Shown here piece after piece: positions 9,158 through 18,151 of a DNA stretch of 64,000 nucleotides. The DNA lies in assembly GCA_030583825.1 (NCBI GenBank), contig CP129477.1:510308-574307 (forward strand), given 5' to 3'. The first letter of the stretch is position 1, and each line of letters starts with the position of its first letter. The position numbers and the translations under genes were made by a program. Source of the DNA: Candidatus Dojkabacteria bacterium. GTDB lineage: Bacteria; Patescibacteriota; Dojkabacteria; GCA-002793355. The notes under the pieces were generated by a model. That model searched no databases. It was given only the letters and a program-made list of their open reading frames with translations, and was not told the origin of the DNA.

Positions 9158-9806
9158 TCTTCCGCTAATTCTCCTCGGACTTGGTGTTGGTACAGCAGTA
9201 ACTGTGTATATTCTTAAAAAATACACAACAATCCTGGATGAAGCAAATGATCGTTTCCGCAAAGCAATTAAAGGTACAGAATTTGAAGACTTTCTTGAAG
9301 AAGGTGAGAAACGCTTTGCCCGCTTGGAAAGAGAAGTTAAAAACTATGTTACAACAGGTTCTCGTCAGCTTACGCGAACAGCAAATGCGGCAAGAAAACA
9401 AGCTGTAAAAAGACTTACACCTGTTGCGAAAAGAGTTAAGAAAGCTGCTGTTCAGGCTGAAAAGACATCTGGAAAAGTTGTTGCATCAGTAAAGAAAACA
9501 GCGAAAAAAGTGGCACCAAAAACAACTGCAAAGGTTGAGAAAGTCGCAAAAAAGGTGGTTACTTCTGCCAAGAAAGCTAAAAAGTCAGTCACCAAGCAAG
9601 CTAAAAAATCTATAGCTGCGGTAAGTGGCAAAGCAGCAGATGTTTTGTCGGCAATGACCAAAAATAAACAATATACGCAAAAAGAGCTCGCAGATTTGAC
9701 TAATATTCCATACCGAAGTATTCGTAGGTATGTTGAGGAATTGGTCACTGGCAAGAAAATTTCAGAAAACGGCTACGGCAAAGGCAAGCGATTTATGAAG
9801 GCATAA
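9141..9806 (+). CDS. membrane-anchored Lys/Ala-rich (histone H1-like) protein with C-terminal winged-helix/HTH
   Basis: ATG at 9141 overlaps the trpS stop by 17 nt. N-terminal TM (LPLILLGLGVGTAVTVYIL), a central KKAKK/AKK repeat tract, and a C-terminal HTH-like segment (KELADLTNIPYRSIRRYVEEL). Confidence 0.55.
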   Translation: MARKSNLPLILLGLGVGTAVTVYILKKYTTILDEANDRFRKAIKGTEFEDFLEEGEKRFARLEREVKNYVTTGSRQLTRTANAARKQAVKRLTPVAKRVKKAAVQAEKTSGKVVASVKKTAKKVAPKTTAKVEKVAKKVVTSAKKAKKSVTKQAKKSIAAVSGKAADVLSAMTKNKQYTQKELADLTNIPYRSIRRYVEELVTGKKISENGYGKGKRFMKA

Positions 9807-9874
9807 AGCTTGTTGAATATTCAGTTTTGCGCGTTTGTTAGGCAAGAGATTTCAAAGTTTTACGGGTGAAGAAA

Positions 9875-9914
9875 GTGTCTGCAACATGAGCTTTTGGCTA
9901 CGTATTGCAGACAC
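9875..9914. terminator. hairpin between convergent genes (10-bp perfect stem GTGTCTGCAA/TTGCAGACAC)
   Basis: Perfect 10-bp inverted repeat with a 20-nt loop, lying between the 3' ends of 9141..9806 (+) and 9931..10206 (-). Confidence 0.45.
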
Positions 9915-9930
9915 CAGAAAGGTGTGGGAA

Positions 9931-10206
9931 TCATAGAATCTCCTTGAGAACTGCTAGACCCACCACGAAGGCGAAAAACGCGCATATGAGGCTTGTCCAC
10001 GACGGAATTCCCATTAGGGTTAAAAACATTGCCATTATCATAATGGGAATCAGAACAATGACTGCTATAACGCCTTGAAAGAGGGTATATATGCCTCCCA
10101 GGCTGTTAAAGAGCCATTCCATCGTGTTTCCGAATGTTTGAATTGCCAATATTGCGGCTACAAACAAGACAATGGGGATGAGCGCTAAAATGCAAAGAAC
10201 TTCCAT
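9931..10206 (-). CDS. small integral membrane protein (2-3 TM)
   Basis: 91-aa ORF, almost entirely hydrophobic helices. No recognisable domain. Confidence 0.4.
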   Translation of the reverse strand: MEVLCILALIPIVLFVAAILAIQTFGNTMEWLFNSLGGIYTLFQGVIAVIVLIPIMIMAMFLTLMGIPSWTSLICAFFAFVVGLAVLKEIL

Positions 10207-10322
10207 CTTGAATCCTTTCTATAGGTGCGAGATTGCCCGAGTATACTACTTTCTTATTTCTTTGTGAATACTATAGTATGCCACACTAAAGTATTCCTTC
10301 GCGAGAAAAAAGGGGAAAATAG

Positions 10323-10330
10323 TGTATAAT
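10323..10330 (+). promoter_or_regulatory. extended -10 element (TGTATAAT) immediately upstream of the XRE regulator gene
   Basis: TGnTATAAT at 10323..10330, only 11 nt before the ATG at 10342. This implies a very short or leaderless 5' UTR. An imperfect inverted repeat (AGTATACTA ... TATAGTATG) at about 10240..10290 is a possible operator. Confidence 0.3.
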
Positions 10331-10341
10331 GAGTACGCCTT

Positions 10342-10557
10342 ATGAAAACAACATTACTGAAAAAATTTGGAGAAAGAATTCGTGCTGCACGCACAAAGAT
10401 CGGTATGTCTCAAGAAGTCCTTGCAAAGAAGTCTGGTCTTCATCGTACGTATATTGGCATGATCGAAAGAGCAGAAAAAAACGTTACGTTGCAGAATATG
10501 TCTCGCATTTTAAAAGCTATGAAAATAAAGATTTCTGATTTTTTTAAAGACTTTTAA
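10342..10557 (+). CDS. XRE-family (Cro/C1-type) HTH transcriptional regulator
   Basis: Classic HTH_3 pattern: RIRAARTKIGMSQEVLAKKSGLHRTYIGMIERAEKNVTLQNMSRILKAM. Confidence 0.8.
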   Translation: MKTTLLKKFGERIRAARTKIGMSQEVLAKKSGLHRTYIGMIERAEKNVTLQNMSRILKAMKIKISDFFKDF

Positions 10558-10631
10558 TTGCTGCAAATTTATCACGGTGTATTGGCGCGAAAAGCGTAGA
10601 GTGTTATAATTAGCCCTGAAGAGCGCAACAT

Positions 10632-10705
10632 GGGCCCGTAGCTCAGCTGGCTAGAGCGTTCGCATGGCATGCGAGAGGTCGCGGGTTCGAAACCCGCCGG
10701 GTCCA
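10632..10705 (+). tRNA. tRNA-Ala (anticodon GGC), 74 nt, no encoded CCA
   Basis: Acceptor GGGCCCG/CGGGTCC with a G3:U70 wobble (the Ala identity element). Anticodon loop ATGGCAT, T-loop TTCGAAA, discriminator A. Confidence 0.9.
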
Positions 10706-10942
10706 AAAGTGCAAGTATTTACCTTTGTGAGTACTTGCACTTTTTGTTTTAATGAGGGTTTCGAAGCTGAATGAATAATAGCAATTGCTCTTGCTATTAT
10801 GAATGAAGAAGGGGTCGAGGAGCTTACATTAAGAAATTATAAGTAAAGCGAGGTGACCGAAACCCGTACTAAGAGCCTCTTGTTTAGATGTTAAAACTAT
10901 AGGTATATTAATCATTATTCGTATTGTATAATCTTCACTAGG

Positions 10943-12484
10943 ATGAAAAATATCGTCAATCCGAATACTTTTAAACTTCTGCTTCTCTTTATTGTGCCTA
11001 TCGTAATGATTGCTACAGGTTTGTGGCTTACTCGATATGGAGGAGGCATTACCCCTGATAGTTTTTCATACGTTGCGGCAGCAAGAAGCATGAAGAATGG
11101 CGATGGAGTCATGTTTAACAATGTTGAAGGAGGGCATGAGCCTTTAACACACTTTCCTCCGGGAGTAAGTATATTGCTCGCGGTATTACCTTCCGATCCC
11201 GCAGGATCTTTACGTATTCTGAACGCCTTTTTGTTAGGACTTCTTCTTTTTCTTGCCGGTACAACAGTGTTTATTACTACGCGTTCGCTTACTGGGGCGT
11301 TGTTTTCACAACTCTTTATTGCTTCTCTCATAGATATCGTAAACGCGCATATATTTTTATGGAGTGAGCCACTGTTTCTCACTGTACTTGTGAGTATTCT
11401 TCTCTGTCTCGCATTGTATAAACGTAGTGAGAAGTCACGCTTTCTGACCCTTGCGGTCATTGCTGCTGCAATGTTACCGATTATTCGATATGTAGGAATT
11501 GTAATTATCCCATTTATGGTAATTGCAGTATGGTTGCTTTTGTCTGCTCACTCAAACTTGGACAAAAAACAAAAGCTTTTTACGATTGGAAAGTACCTTT
11601 TTATCATGATTGCGCCGATAGAACTGTGGCAGCTTGCGGTTAATCTGCTAAACAATGAGCGTGCTATTCGGAGTTTTGGGATCCATTTGATAACACAGGA
11701 ACGGATGTCGGAAGGAATTACCACGGTACTGCATTGGTTTATCCATCCGGATGTGGCAAAGCTTATTACAGTTCATCCGTATCCGGTGGTGATTATCAGC
11801 GTGTTACTTCTTGCAGTCTTTTTGTTTATTCAGAGAAAAAAGATTATTCCATTGGTGAAAAACGCGAGCTATTTTCTTTTTCCATTCCTCTTTATTGCAG
11901 GGTATCTTTCCTTTTTGGTCATCTCGATTTCATTTTTTGACGCATATACGCCACTTGATGGGAGAATTCTTTCTCCGGTAGCGGTTATGTTTGGACTTCT
12001 TGTAGGATTGCTTGTCGCCTCTGTTCAAAAACATACAATTGCTTTTGGAACCACTGGGTTTATCGCGATTATGGTCATAGGTATACAATTAAGTTCGCTG
12101 TGTGGATTTATTCAGGATATCTCTCGAGAAGGGCTTCCATTTGCTTCGGAGTCCTGGCAAAGGTCTGAAACACTTTCATATATTGTTGGGATGCCTGAAA
12201 ATATAACGATTTACACAAACTTACCTCACCCAGTTGCCGTACTTTCCGGCAAAGATGAGATTTTAATGTTTCCACGAAAATATACTTTGTCTGGCGCGAG
12301 TGTACTGCGATATGATCGGGAAATACAAGAGGTAGTACAAGCGAAAGGTGAAAAATATATCGTCTTTTTTAAAGGAAATCATTCTGGTGTGTGGAGATAT
12401 CCTTCAATAGCCGAGCTTGAGACATTATTGGAAGTCGAGCAAATAGTTGAGATGTCGGACGGAGTGGTATTTCGTGTGAAATAA
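10943..12484 (+). CDS. polytopic membrane protein, GT-C-fold glycosyltransferase-like (ArnT/PMT family-like)
   Basis: 513 aa with more than 10 predicted TM helices. An early loop carries acidic motifs (ITPDSFSYVAAARSMKNGDG) typical of GT-C enzymes. Assignment rests on architecture only. Confidence 0.5.
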   Translation: MKNIVNPNTFKLLLLFIVPIVMIATGLWLTRYGGGITPDSFSYVAAARSMKNGDGVMFNNVEGGHEPLTHFPPGVSILLAVLPSDPAGSLRILNAFLLGLLLFLAGTTVFITTRSLTGALFSQLFIASLIDIVNAHIFLWSEPLFLTVLVSILLCLALYKRSEKSRFLTLAVIAAAMLPIIRYVGIVIIPFMVIAVWLLLSAHSNLDKKQKLFTIGKYLFIMIAPIELWQLAVNLLNNERAIRSFGIHLITQERMSEGITTVLHWFIHPDVAKLITVHPYPVVIISVLLLAVFLFIQRKKIIPLVKNASYFLFPFLFIAGYLSFLVISISFFDAYTPLDGRILSPVAVMFGLLVGLLVASVQKHTIAFGTTGFIAIMVIGIQLSSLCGFIQDISREGLPFASESWQRSETLSYIVGMPENITIYTNLPHPVAVLSGKDEILMFPRKYTLSGASVLRYDREIQEVVQAKGEKYIVFFKGNHSGVWRYPSIAELETLLEVEQIVEMSDGVVFRVK

Positions 12485-12504
12485 ATATTCAAGGGGGGTA
12501 AAAC

Positions 12505-12535
12505 GAGCCTCTGGGGGATTTTTGGTCAGAGGCTC
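12505..12535. terminator. bidirectional terminator-like hairpin (GAGCCTCTG / CAGAGGCTC, U-rich loop)
   Basis: Perfect 9-bp stem with a T-rich 13-nt loop and a flanking A-tract, between convergent genes ending at 12484 (+) and 12559 (-). Confidence 0.45.
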
Positions 12536-12558
12536 TGAAAGGGGAATTGCTTACGCGG

Positions 12559-13017
12559 TCATGCTCGCCATTCGGGGGGCCACGTATCTGGTAATTCTGG
12601 TGAGAATGGCTCAAAAATATCGGCTTCTAAACCAATATACTCATTTGAATACCAGACTTTTCCGTCGTGGAAGATGAAGATGATTGGCCCAGATAGGCGC
12701 CAGTGGAACTGCGTATCAGTTGAGAAGTCTGTAGTAATGGGAATTACCAAGGGCGAGTTATTTGCCTGTACGACCTGGCTTCCACCCCGTGTCATCCCTG
12801 ACATCAACGTAATTCTGATAGAGTCCACACCGACTGGGGCGAACTCGAAAAACGTTCCGGTTGAGTTGCTCAGAATTATAGGCGCATCAAGTATTTGCCA
12901 GTTTGAAAATTGCAAATTCAGAGGAGGCAATTGACTTGGCGGAGGTGTCGGCTCTTTCGGAGCGCACCCCGAAATGACGAATAGAATGACAATCAAGAGA
13001 CCAAAACGGTAGTTCAC
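12559..13017 (-). CDS. putative lipoprotein
   Basis: N-terminal signal with a lipobox-like LFVISGC cysteine, then a Pro-rich linker (PKEPTPPPSQLPP). Confidence 0.5.
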   Translation of the reverse strand: MNYRFGLLIVILFVISGCAPKEPTPPPSQLPPLNLQFSNWQILDAPIILSNSTGTFFEFAPVGVDSIRITLMSGMTRGGSQVVQANNSPLVIPITTDFSTDTQFHWRLSGPIIFIFHDGKVWYSNEYIGLEADIFEPFSPELPDTWPPEWRA

Positions 13018-13129
13018 GAGAATATCCTTTCAATGTTCAAAACACTATAGGTATTTTATCATGAAACTATAAAAAAGTCAGGAAATCCGGCGCCAAAAGT
13101 ACCTTTCAATTAAAAACTGTATACTGCTC

Positions 13130-14053
13130 CTACTCAATTTCTGCTGCCAAGTTCATTTCTTCCAAAACTGCGACGAATCTATCCGGTGGGAAAAAATTAA
13201 ACTGTCCATCTTCATACGCGTAGGGGAGAGTTATCATTTGATCGTTAAACTGCCAGTAAATCTGCGATGAAATTGCTCCTGGCCCTTGCTGAAAAAGATT
13301 AAATGTTGTGGGAATAAATGTGTTAAGCATTTTAAGTATAGAAGCATCCTTCACTGGATATGCCAATACTCCCGTCGAAGTAGGGATAGAAAACAATGTG
13401 CCGTAGTCTCCCACAAGCTCTTTATATTGATGAATGCGATACGCATTCGTCGGCGAAAACGGTGTGTCGTCTTCAATCGAGATAATTGTTTCTCCGTTGG
13501 GGAGCGGAACTGTCACTTTGGCTGGGCGAGACTTTCTAAACGTATTGAGTAATGCAGCTTCGAAGATTTGCTCCTTACTCACATTCCATTGTTCAATCTC
13601 TTTTGGAGAAAGGGTTACGATTATTGTTGGTAGATCAAGTACCAATACTGAGATAATGCCGTCGAAGTGGCGCCAATATACCACATCATCAAGGCTTTCT
13701 GAGTCTGCGAAGTATTTAAGCGGGTAAAGTCTAATACCTAACTTATCTTGCGCATCACCCAAAGTTTGAATATTTGTTTTTAGCTCTTGAATTTCCTGCT
13801 GAGCCTTTAAAAATTGGTCAAAGTGGAGTTTTACAAGCTGCGACCATTGTGATTCTTTGGCAATAAGGCATTGTTCCCACAGGTTTTCAAGCGAAAAAAC
13901 GCCTGGTTCACCTTCAATATGAAAAGTTTTACCTTCTATAAAAAGAGGGAATTTTCCCTTTTCAACGAAATATCTTTCAACAATTCTCTGAAAAACACGA
14001 TATTTCTCTGCGAGGATTTCTGCCTCATCTTTTTTGCGAAAAAAGTCGAACAT
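13130..14053 (-). CDS. hypothetical cytoplasmic protein
   Basis: 307-aa ORF with protein-like composition and no TM. No recognised motif. Confidence 0.5.
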   Translation of the reverse strand: MFDFFRKKDEAEILAEKYRVFQRIVERYFVEKGKFPLFIEGKTFHIEGEPGVFSLENLWEQCLIAKESQWSQLVKLHFDQFLKAQQEIQELKTNIQTLGDAQDKLGIRLYPLKYFADSESLDDVVYWRHFDGIISVLVLDLPTIIVTLSPKEIEQWNVSKEQIFEAALLNTFRKSRPAKVTVPLPNGETIISIEDDTPFSPTNAYRIHQYKELVGDYGTLFSIPTSTGVLAYPVKDASILKMLNTFIPTTFNLFQQGPGAISSQIYWQFNDQMITLPYAYEDGQFNFFPPDRFVAVLEEMNLAAEIE

Positions 14054-14087
14054 TTATTAATTATATCGCATTATGCTATAGTCAAAC

Positions 14088-15923
14088 ATGAGAAGAATCG
14101 GGATTATGTACATCGCTGCTGTACTTTACCTTGCATCTATGTTCCTATACAAGATTGATCCTGAGTTTCACTTGCGATGGATAGTTTTCGCCTATTGGAT
14201 AGTTTCTGTGCTCCTGATGGTGTTGTTACTGTTGCCTACATCGTGGTTTTCCAGGCTTAGATGGAAAAATTTTACTACGTTTCCGGCGCGTATAACGAGT
14301 ACTTTCAGAAATATATCGCTTCGTTCTCTTATTTCTCAAACTTTTGCACAAATTGACTGGGTATTTATCGTTGTTGTCGTGTTATTTTCTGCAGTAGGAC
14401 TGTTTGCAATTACCGTTTACCCATATCACACTATTGGGGATGAGCTTCGCGATGGAGGTCTTAACGCTATGCAGCTTGTCACAGGCGAGATTAAAAATAT
14501 TTTTGCATGGGGAAGATACGAAAGTCACGGGCTTATCATTCCAACGTACAGTGCTTTGTTTTATCTCATATTCAAAAATAGTCCCTTAACCTTTAAATTG
14601 GCAGCATTTTCAATCGCTTTGGTGGGGGTAGCCACTTTGTATATATGGGGACGTCGCTCACATTCTAGGGGCTTTGCAGCACTTTTAGTGGCCATTCTAT
14701 GTAGTATTCCACACTTTCTCTACTATGCCAGGACGGAAGTTGTGGTAATTTTCAGTACCTTTTGGATGATTTTTATCCTCTTTATTGCGTGGGAATGGCT
14801 TAAAAAACGAGAATGGCAATCATTTGTAGCAATCTGTGCAGTACTTGGTTTTGCTGCAGGATTTCATGGCTCTACCCGAACAATTGTGCTATTTACTGGC
14901 CTATTACTTGGAGGTATCTTTATTGTTTCGGAACTGATGGCAAAAAAAACTGCGCTATGGAGGCTTTGCCTCTTCGTTATCGTAGCAGCATTTGCGTTTA
15001 TGCTGGGATTCGGGCCGAGGTTATTCAATACTACGCCGGAAATTGCCGTCATGAGCAGGAGTCTTTTCACAAAAGAGGTAGAAAATAAGGCAGAAAGAGA
15101 AGAGAAAACTCTTACTTTGCAGGAGAAAATCACGACATCGGTCGTAAGTTTGGGTGAAAAGTATAAAAAGTCACTGATGGTATACGTGTATGAGCCAACA
15201 ACAACTCACTTTGCCGGAAAAGTTTCGATTCTGCCATTTGCGGCAATTATTACAGTAGTTGTAGGAATTTACGCATGTTTAGTGAATAAAGACAGGAGAT
15301 ATTTGCTTATTGTTTTTTACTTTTTTCTGATTCCGCTTACAAACAGTGCTCTTACCGAAGTAACAAATGGAGACCATCGTTATGGGCCGATTTACCCGAT
15401 AGCAGCAATTGTTGCAACGATTGGTATTGCTTTTTTGTTTAAAGAAGCCGAAAAACTCTCTGCAAAGAGAAAACTTTTTACTCAGGGAGGACTTATTTTC
15501 TTTGTAATACTATTTCACGGATGGAGCTTTTTGTCGTTTTTTGTCACCCAACCCGCATCTGTAAGCATGTTTCGTTTGGATTCGCGAGTGTACCAAGATT
15601 TTATGTTTACTGACTCTTTGGCACTTATCTCTGAGCAACGTTTGGACAGATATGGCAAAGTTTGTTTTACCACAAATAAGAGAAATGCCGACTTTCTAGA
15701 CAAGATGCATATAAAGGAGCAAGTGCAGTACTATTTGCCAGGTGTGAAATATCAAATTGTAACAAACCCAGACCTGGACGATCATTCACTGTACATTTCA
15801 ACGGATTGCGATACTCCGTTTGAAGAAGTTGTGTGGGAGGAAAGGCGATTCTGCGAGCAAAAAACATGGTTTACTTGTCCTCCAGACGGCTCACAATACG
15901 TGCTGTATTACTCCGTTCCATAA
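14088..15923 (+). CDS. large polytopic membrane protein, GT-C glycosyltransferase-like
   Basis: 611 aa with about 12 TM helices followed by a C-terminal soluble domain. Same general architecture as 10943..12484. Adjacent to galE. Confidence 0.5.
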   Translation: MRRIGIMYIAAVLYLASMFLYKIDPEFHLRWIVFAYWIVSVLLMVLLLLPTSWFSRLRWKNFTTFPARITSTFRNISLRSLISQTFAQIDWVFIVVVVLFSAVGLFAITVYPYHTIGDELRDGGLNAMQLVTGEIKNIFAWGRYESHGLIIPTYSALFYLIFKNSPLTFKLAAFSIALVGVATLYIWGRRSHSRGFAALLVAILCSIPHFLYYARTEVVVIFSTFWMIFILFIAWEWLKKREWQSFVAICAVLGFAAGFHGSTRTIVLFTGLLLGGIFIVSELMAKKTALWRLCLFVIVAAFAFMLGFGPRLFNTTPEIAVMSRSLFTKEVENKAEREEKTLTLQEKITTSVVSLGEKYKKSLMVYVYEPTTTHFAGKVSILPFAAIITVVVGIYACLVNKDRRYLLIVFYFFLIPLTNSALTEVTNGDHRYGPIYPIAAIVATIGIAFLFKEAEKLSAKRKLFTQGGLIFFVILFHGWSFLSFFVTQPASVSMFRLDSRVYQDFMFTDSLALISEQRLDRYGKVCFTTNKRNADFLDKMHIKEQVQYYLPGVKYQIVTNPDLDDHSLYISTDCDTPFEEVVWEERRFCEQKTWFTCPPDGSQYVLYYSVP

Positions 15924-15977
15924 GCGCGCAGTAACATAAATCCATACGCTTTTACGTTGCCAAGAGAACGTGAATTC

Positions 15978-16988
15978 TTACTTTCGTGATGGAAAAGTAT
16001 CTCTGTACCACTTTAGAGAAGACTCAACAATATCGCTAATATTGTATTTTGGTGTCCACTTAAGCTCTTGTTGAGCCTTGGTTGAATCAGCAATTGAAAC
16101 GACGATCTCTCCTGGACGTGCAGGTACCACTTCGTAGTTGAGCGGTTCTCCGGTTGCTTTTTCGAGTGCGGCAATCAATTCTTTTATTGTAGTGCCGCTC
16201 TTTGTTCCCAAATTAAACGTGAATGCTCCTTGTTTTTGGTCAAGATACTCTAAAGCTTTTAAGTGCGCGTCTACGAGATCAAGAACATGAATAAAGTCGC
16301 GAACGGCGCTGCCATCGCGAGTGTTAAAAGTATCTCCATACATCTGAAATGTAATTGGCTTGTAGCCTAAATAGCTGCAAATTACAGCAGGAATGACTGC
16401 CACCGGATCTTTTGTTTGATCGCCAATTGTTCCATCCATTGCATTGCCTGCAACGTTAAAATATCTGAGGATAACGGCGTTGCTGTGTGTTGCCTGTGCA
16501 AAATCCGTTATGACGGACTCCATGTAAAGTTTTGACCTTCCGTATGGCGAAAGAGGGGAGGCTTGTACTTCTTCTGTGACAGGACTATTCGCAACATCCC
16601 CATATACTGCGGATGACGAAGAGAAAATAAACTTTTTTACACTGTGTTTTTGCGCCCACTGCAGAAGGTTAATTGTTCCATACACATTGTTTTTGTAATA
16701 TTCTAATGGCTTTTCTACCGATTCTGTGACAGATTTCCACGCAGCAAAGTGAATAATTGCATCAATATTTTCTAAAGCGAGGTCAGATAAATCGGAAGTA
16801 ATGTCTTTGTCTATAATCTCGATTGTTGTGCCAGATTCGTTCTGAATATACTCAAGATTCGATCGAGAGCTTGTTGAAAAATTATCAAGCACGATTGGGG
16901 AATATCCTTGCTGCAATAAAAGCTGTACCATATGCGAGCCGATATATCCTGCGCCACCAGTAACTAAGATTCGTTTGCCTGTATTCAT
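15978..16988 (-). CDS. galE: UDP-glucose 4-epimerase
   Basis: Rossmann GxxGxxG (VTGGAGYIGSH), catalytic YxxxK (YGRSKLYME) and SDR-extended family length (336 aa). Confidence 0.9.
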   Translation of the reverse strand: MNTGKRILVTGGAGYIGSHMVQLLLQQGYSPIVLDNFSTSSRSNLEYIQNESGTTIEIIDKDITSDLSDLALENIDAIIHFAAWKSVTESVEKPLEYYKNNVYGTINLLQWAQKHSVKKFIFSSSSAVYGDVANSPVTEEVQASPLSPYGRSKLYMESVITDFAQATHSNAVILRYFNVAGNAMDGTIGDQTKDPVAVIPAVICSYLGYKPITFQMYGDTFNTRDGSAVRDFIHVLDLVDAHLKALEYLDQKQGAFTFNLGTKSGTTIKELIAALEKATGEPLNYEVVPARPGEIVVSIADSTKAQQELKWTPKYNISDIVESSLKWYRDTFPSRK

Positions 16989-17040
16989 AGGCGAATTATA
17001 CCATATCTCCGTGGCTTTTGCTTCTTCGAATGAAAGAAAT

Positions 17041-18081
17041 CTAGTCTAATGGCAGCACAATTTCTGGGATCATTACTTTGCCGTATGTTGCCCACTGTGT
17101 ATCCCAAGTATTCTCGCGGCTTTCAAATGCAATGAGGTAAAGCTTGTTGGCATCGTCATTTCCAAGGACTGCAATATACTGGTTTACGACGGTTCCTCCA
17201 ACATTTGAGCTAATGAACAAGCTATATCCTGAAAAATCAGGATCGGTAACTGGAGTTCTGCCTGTGACTGTGCCGAGGTTTTCAAAGTTATCTGCCACTG
17301 TCTTTGCGTGTAATGATGCTTTCTGTCCATACTTGCTTAAGACATTTGTGTAAACATTTATGCTAAGGCCAGTTTGATACTGCTGTGTTGCGGTAATTTG
17401 CTCTCGGGTAATGTAGCATGAAAATACCCCATCTTTTGCTTCTTCGTATGTGTACCATCCTGCTGGGCGCAATGACCATACTGAAATTGTTGGACAGCTA
17501 TACCATGTGAATCCTGACGGAGGAGTTTCGGTTGGTCTCAAAATTGGCGATGCGATTCGTGTGGTGGTAGGAGTAATAGAAGGTGTTATTGTTACATCTA
17601 AATCATCATCTTCTTCTGAAGGTGTGGGTGTGTAAGAAACTTCTTCCTGGGAATAATCGCTGTCACCACTATACATGGCTGCGAATATAAATGTTCCGCA
17701 GAAAAAGATGACACAACAAAGTACCGGGAGAGCGAGAATAAGAAGAAGTATCCAAATCGCTGAATTTTTCCCTTTGGTAACTGTTGCTGTTTGTGTTTTA
17801 GTTGCTGAGATTGTCTGGCTTGCCGCGGTTTCTGCCTCAGTTCGTTTTGCTTCTGCAGTTTTTACCGGGGGAGTTACGTCTGACATTGGCGTTGCAGGTG
17901 TTGCCGGTACTTCGGATGGTTTTTCTGTAGAAGTCACAGTGTTTTTGACTGTTGTCGGCGTATACGAAGGTAGCTTTGCATCGGTAGCATCAGTTTTTGT
18001 TTCGACTGGTTCTACTCGTACTGGCTCATTCGCCTGCTTTTCTTTATTATCTGACGGTGGAGCATATTTATCGTCTGCCAT
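17041..18081 (-). CDS. single-pass membrane protein with Thr/Pro/Ala-rich N-terminal region and ~230-aa extracytoplasmic domain
   Basis: Low-complexity T/P/A-rich N-terminal region, one strong TM helix (AIWILLLILALPVLCCVIFFCGTFIFAAMY), and an uncharacterised C-terminal domain. Co-directional with galE. Confidence 0.5.
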   Translation of the reverse strand: MADDKYAPPSDNKEKQANEPVRVEPVETKTDATDAKLPSYTPTTVKNTVTSTEKPSEVPATPATPMSDVTPPVKTAEAKRTEAETAASQTISATKTQTATVTKGKNSAIWILLLILALPVLCCVIFFCGTFIFAAMYSGDSDYSQEEVSYTPTPSEEDDDLDVTITPSITPTTTRIASPILRPTETPPSGFTWYSCPTISVWSLRPAGWYTYEEAKDGVFSCYITREQITATQQYQTGLSINVYTNVLSKYGQKASLHAKTVADNFENLGTVTGRTPVTDPDFSGYSLFISSNVGGTVVNQYIAVLGNDDANKLYLIAFESRENTWDTQWATYGKVMIPEIVLPLD

Positions 18082-18151
18082 ATTTTTTATCTGAAATTAC
18101 ATCTTTGTCACTGTAGCATCTCTGTAGTGTTCAAGCAAACCGCTGGTGTGA

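Noticed and set aside
10329-10538. 69-aa ORF overlapping the XRE regulator in another frame
   Set aside because: The alternative frame at 10342..10557 gives a textbook HTH_3 domain. The 10329 frame has no domain and a Cys/Ser/Tyr-rich composition.
17675-18094. 139-aa '+' ORF
   Set aside because: Antisense to the T/P-rich N-terminal region of c(17041..18081). The low-complexity mirror composition suggests it is not real.
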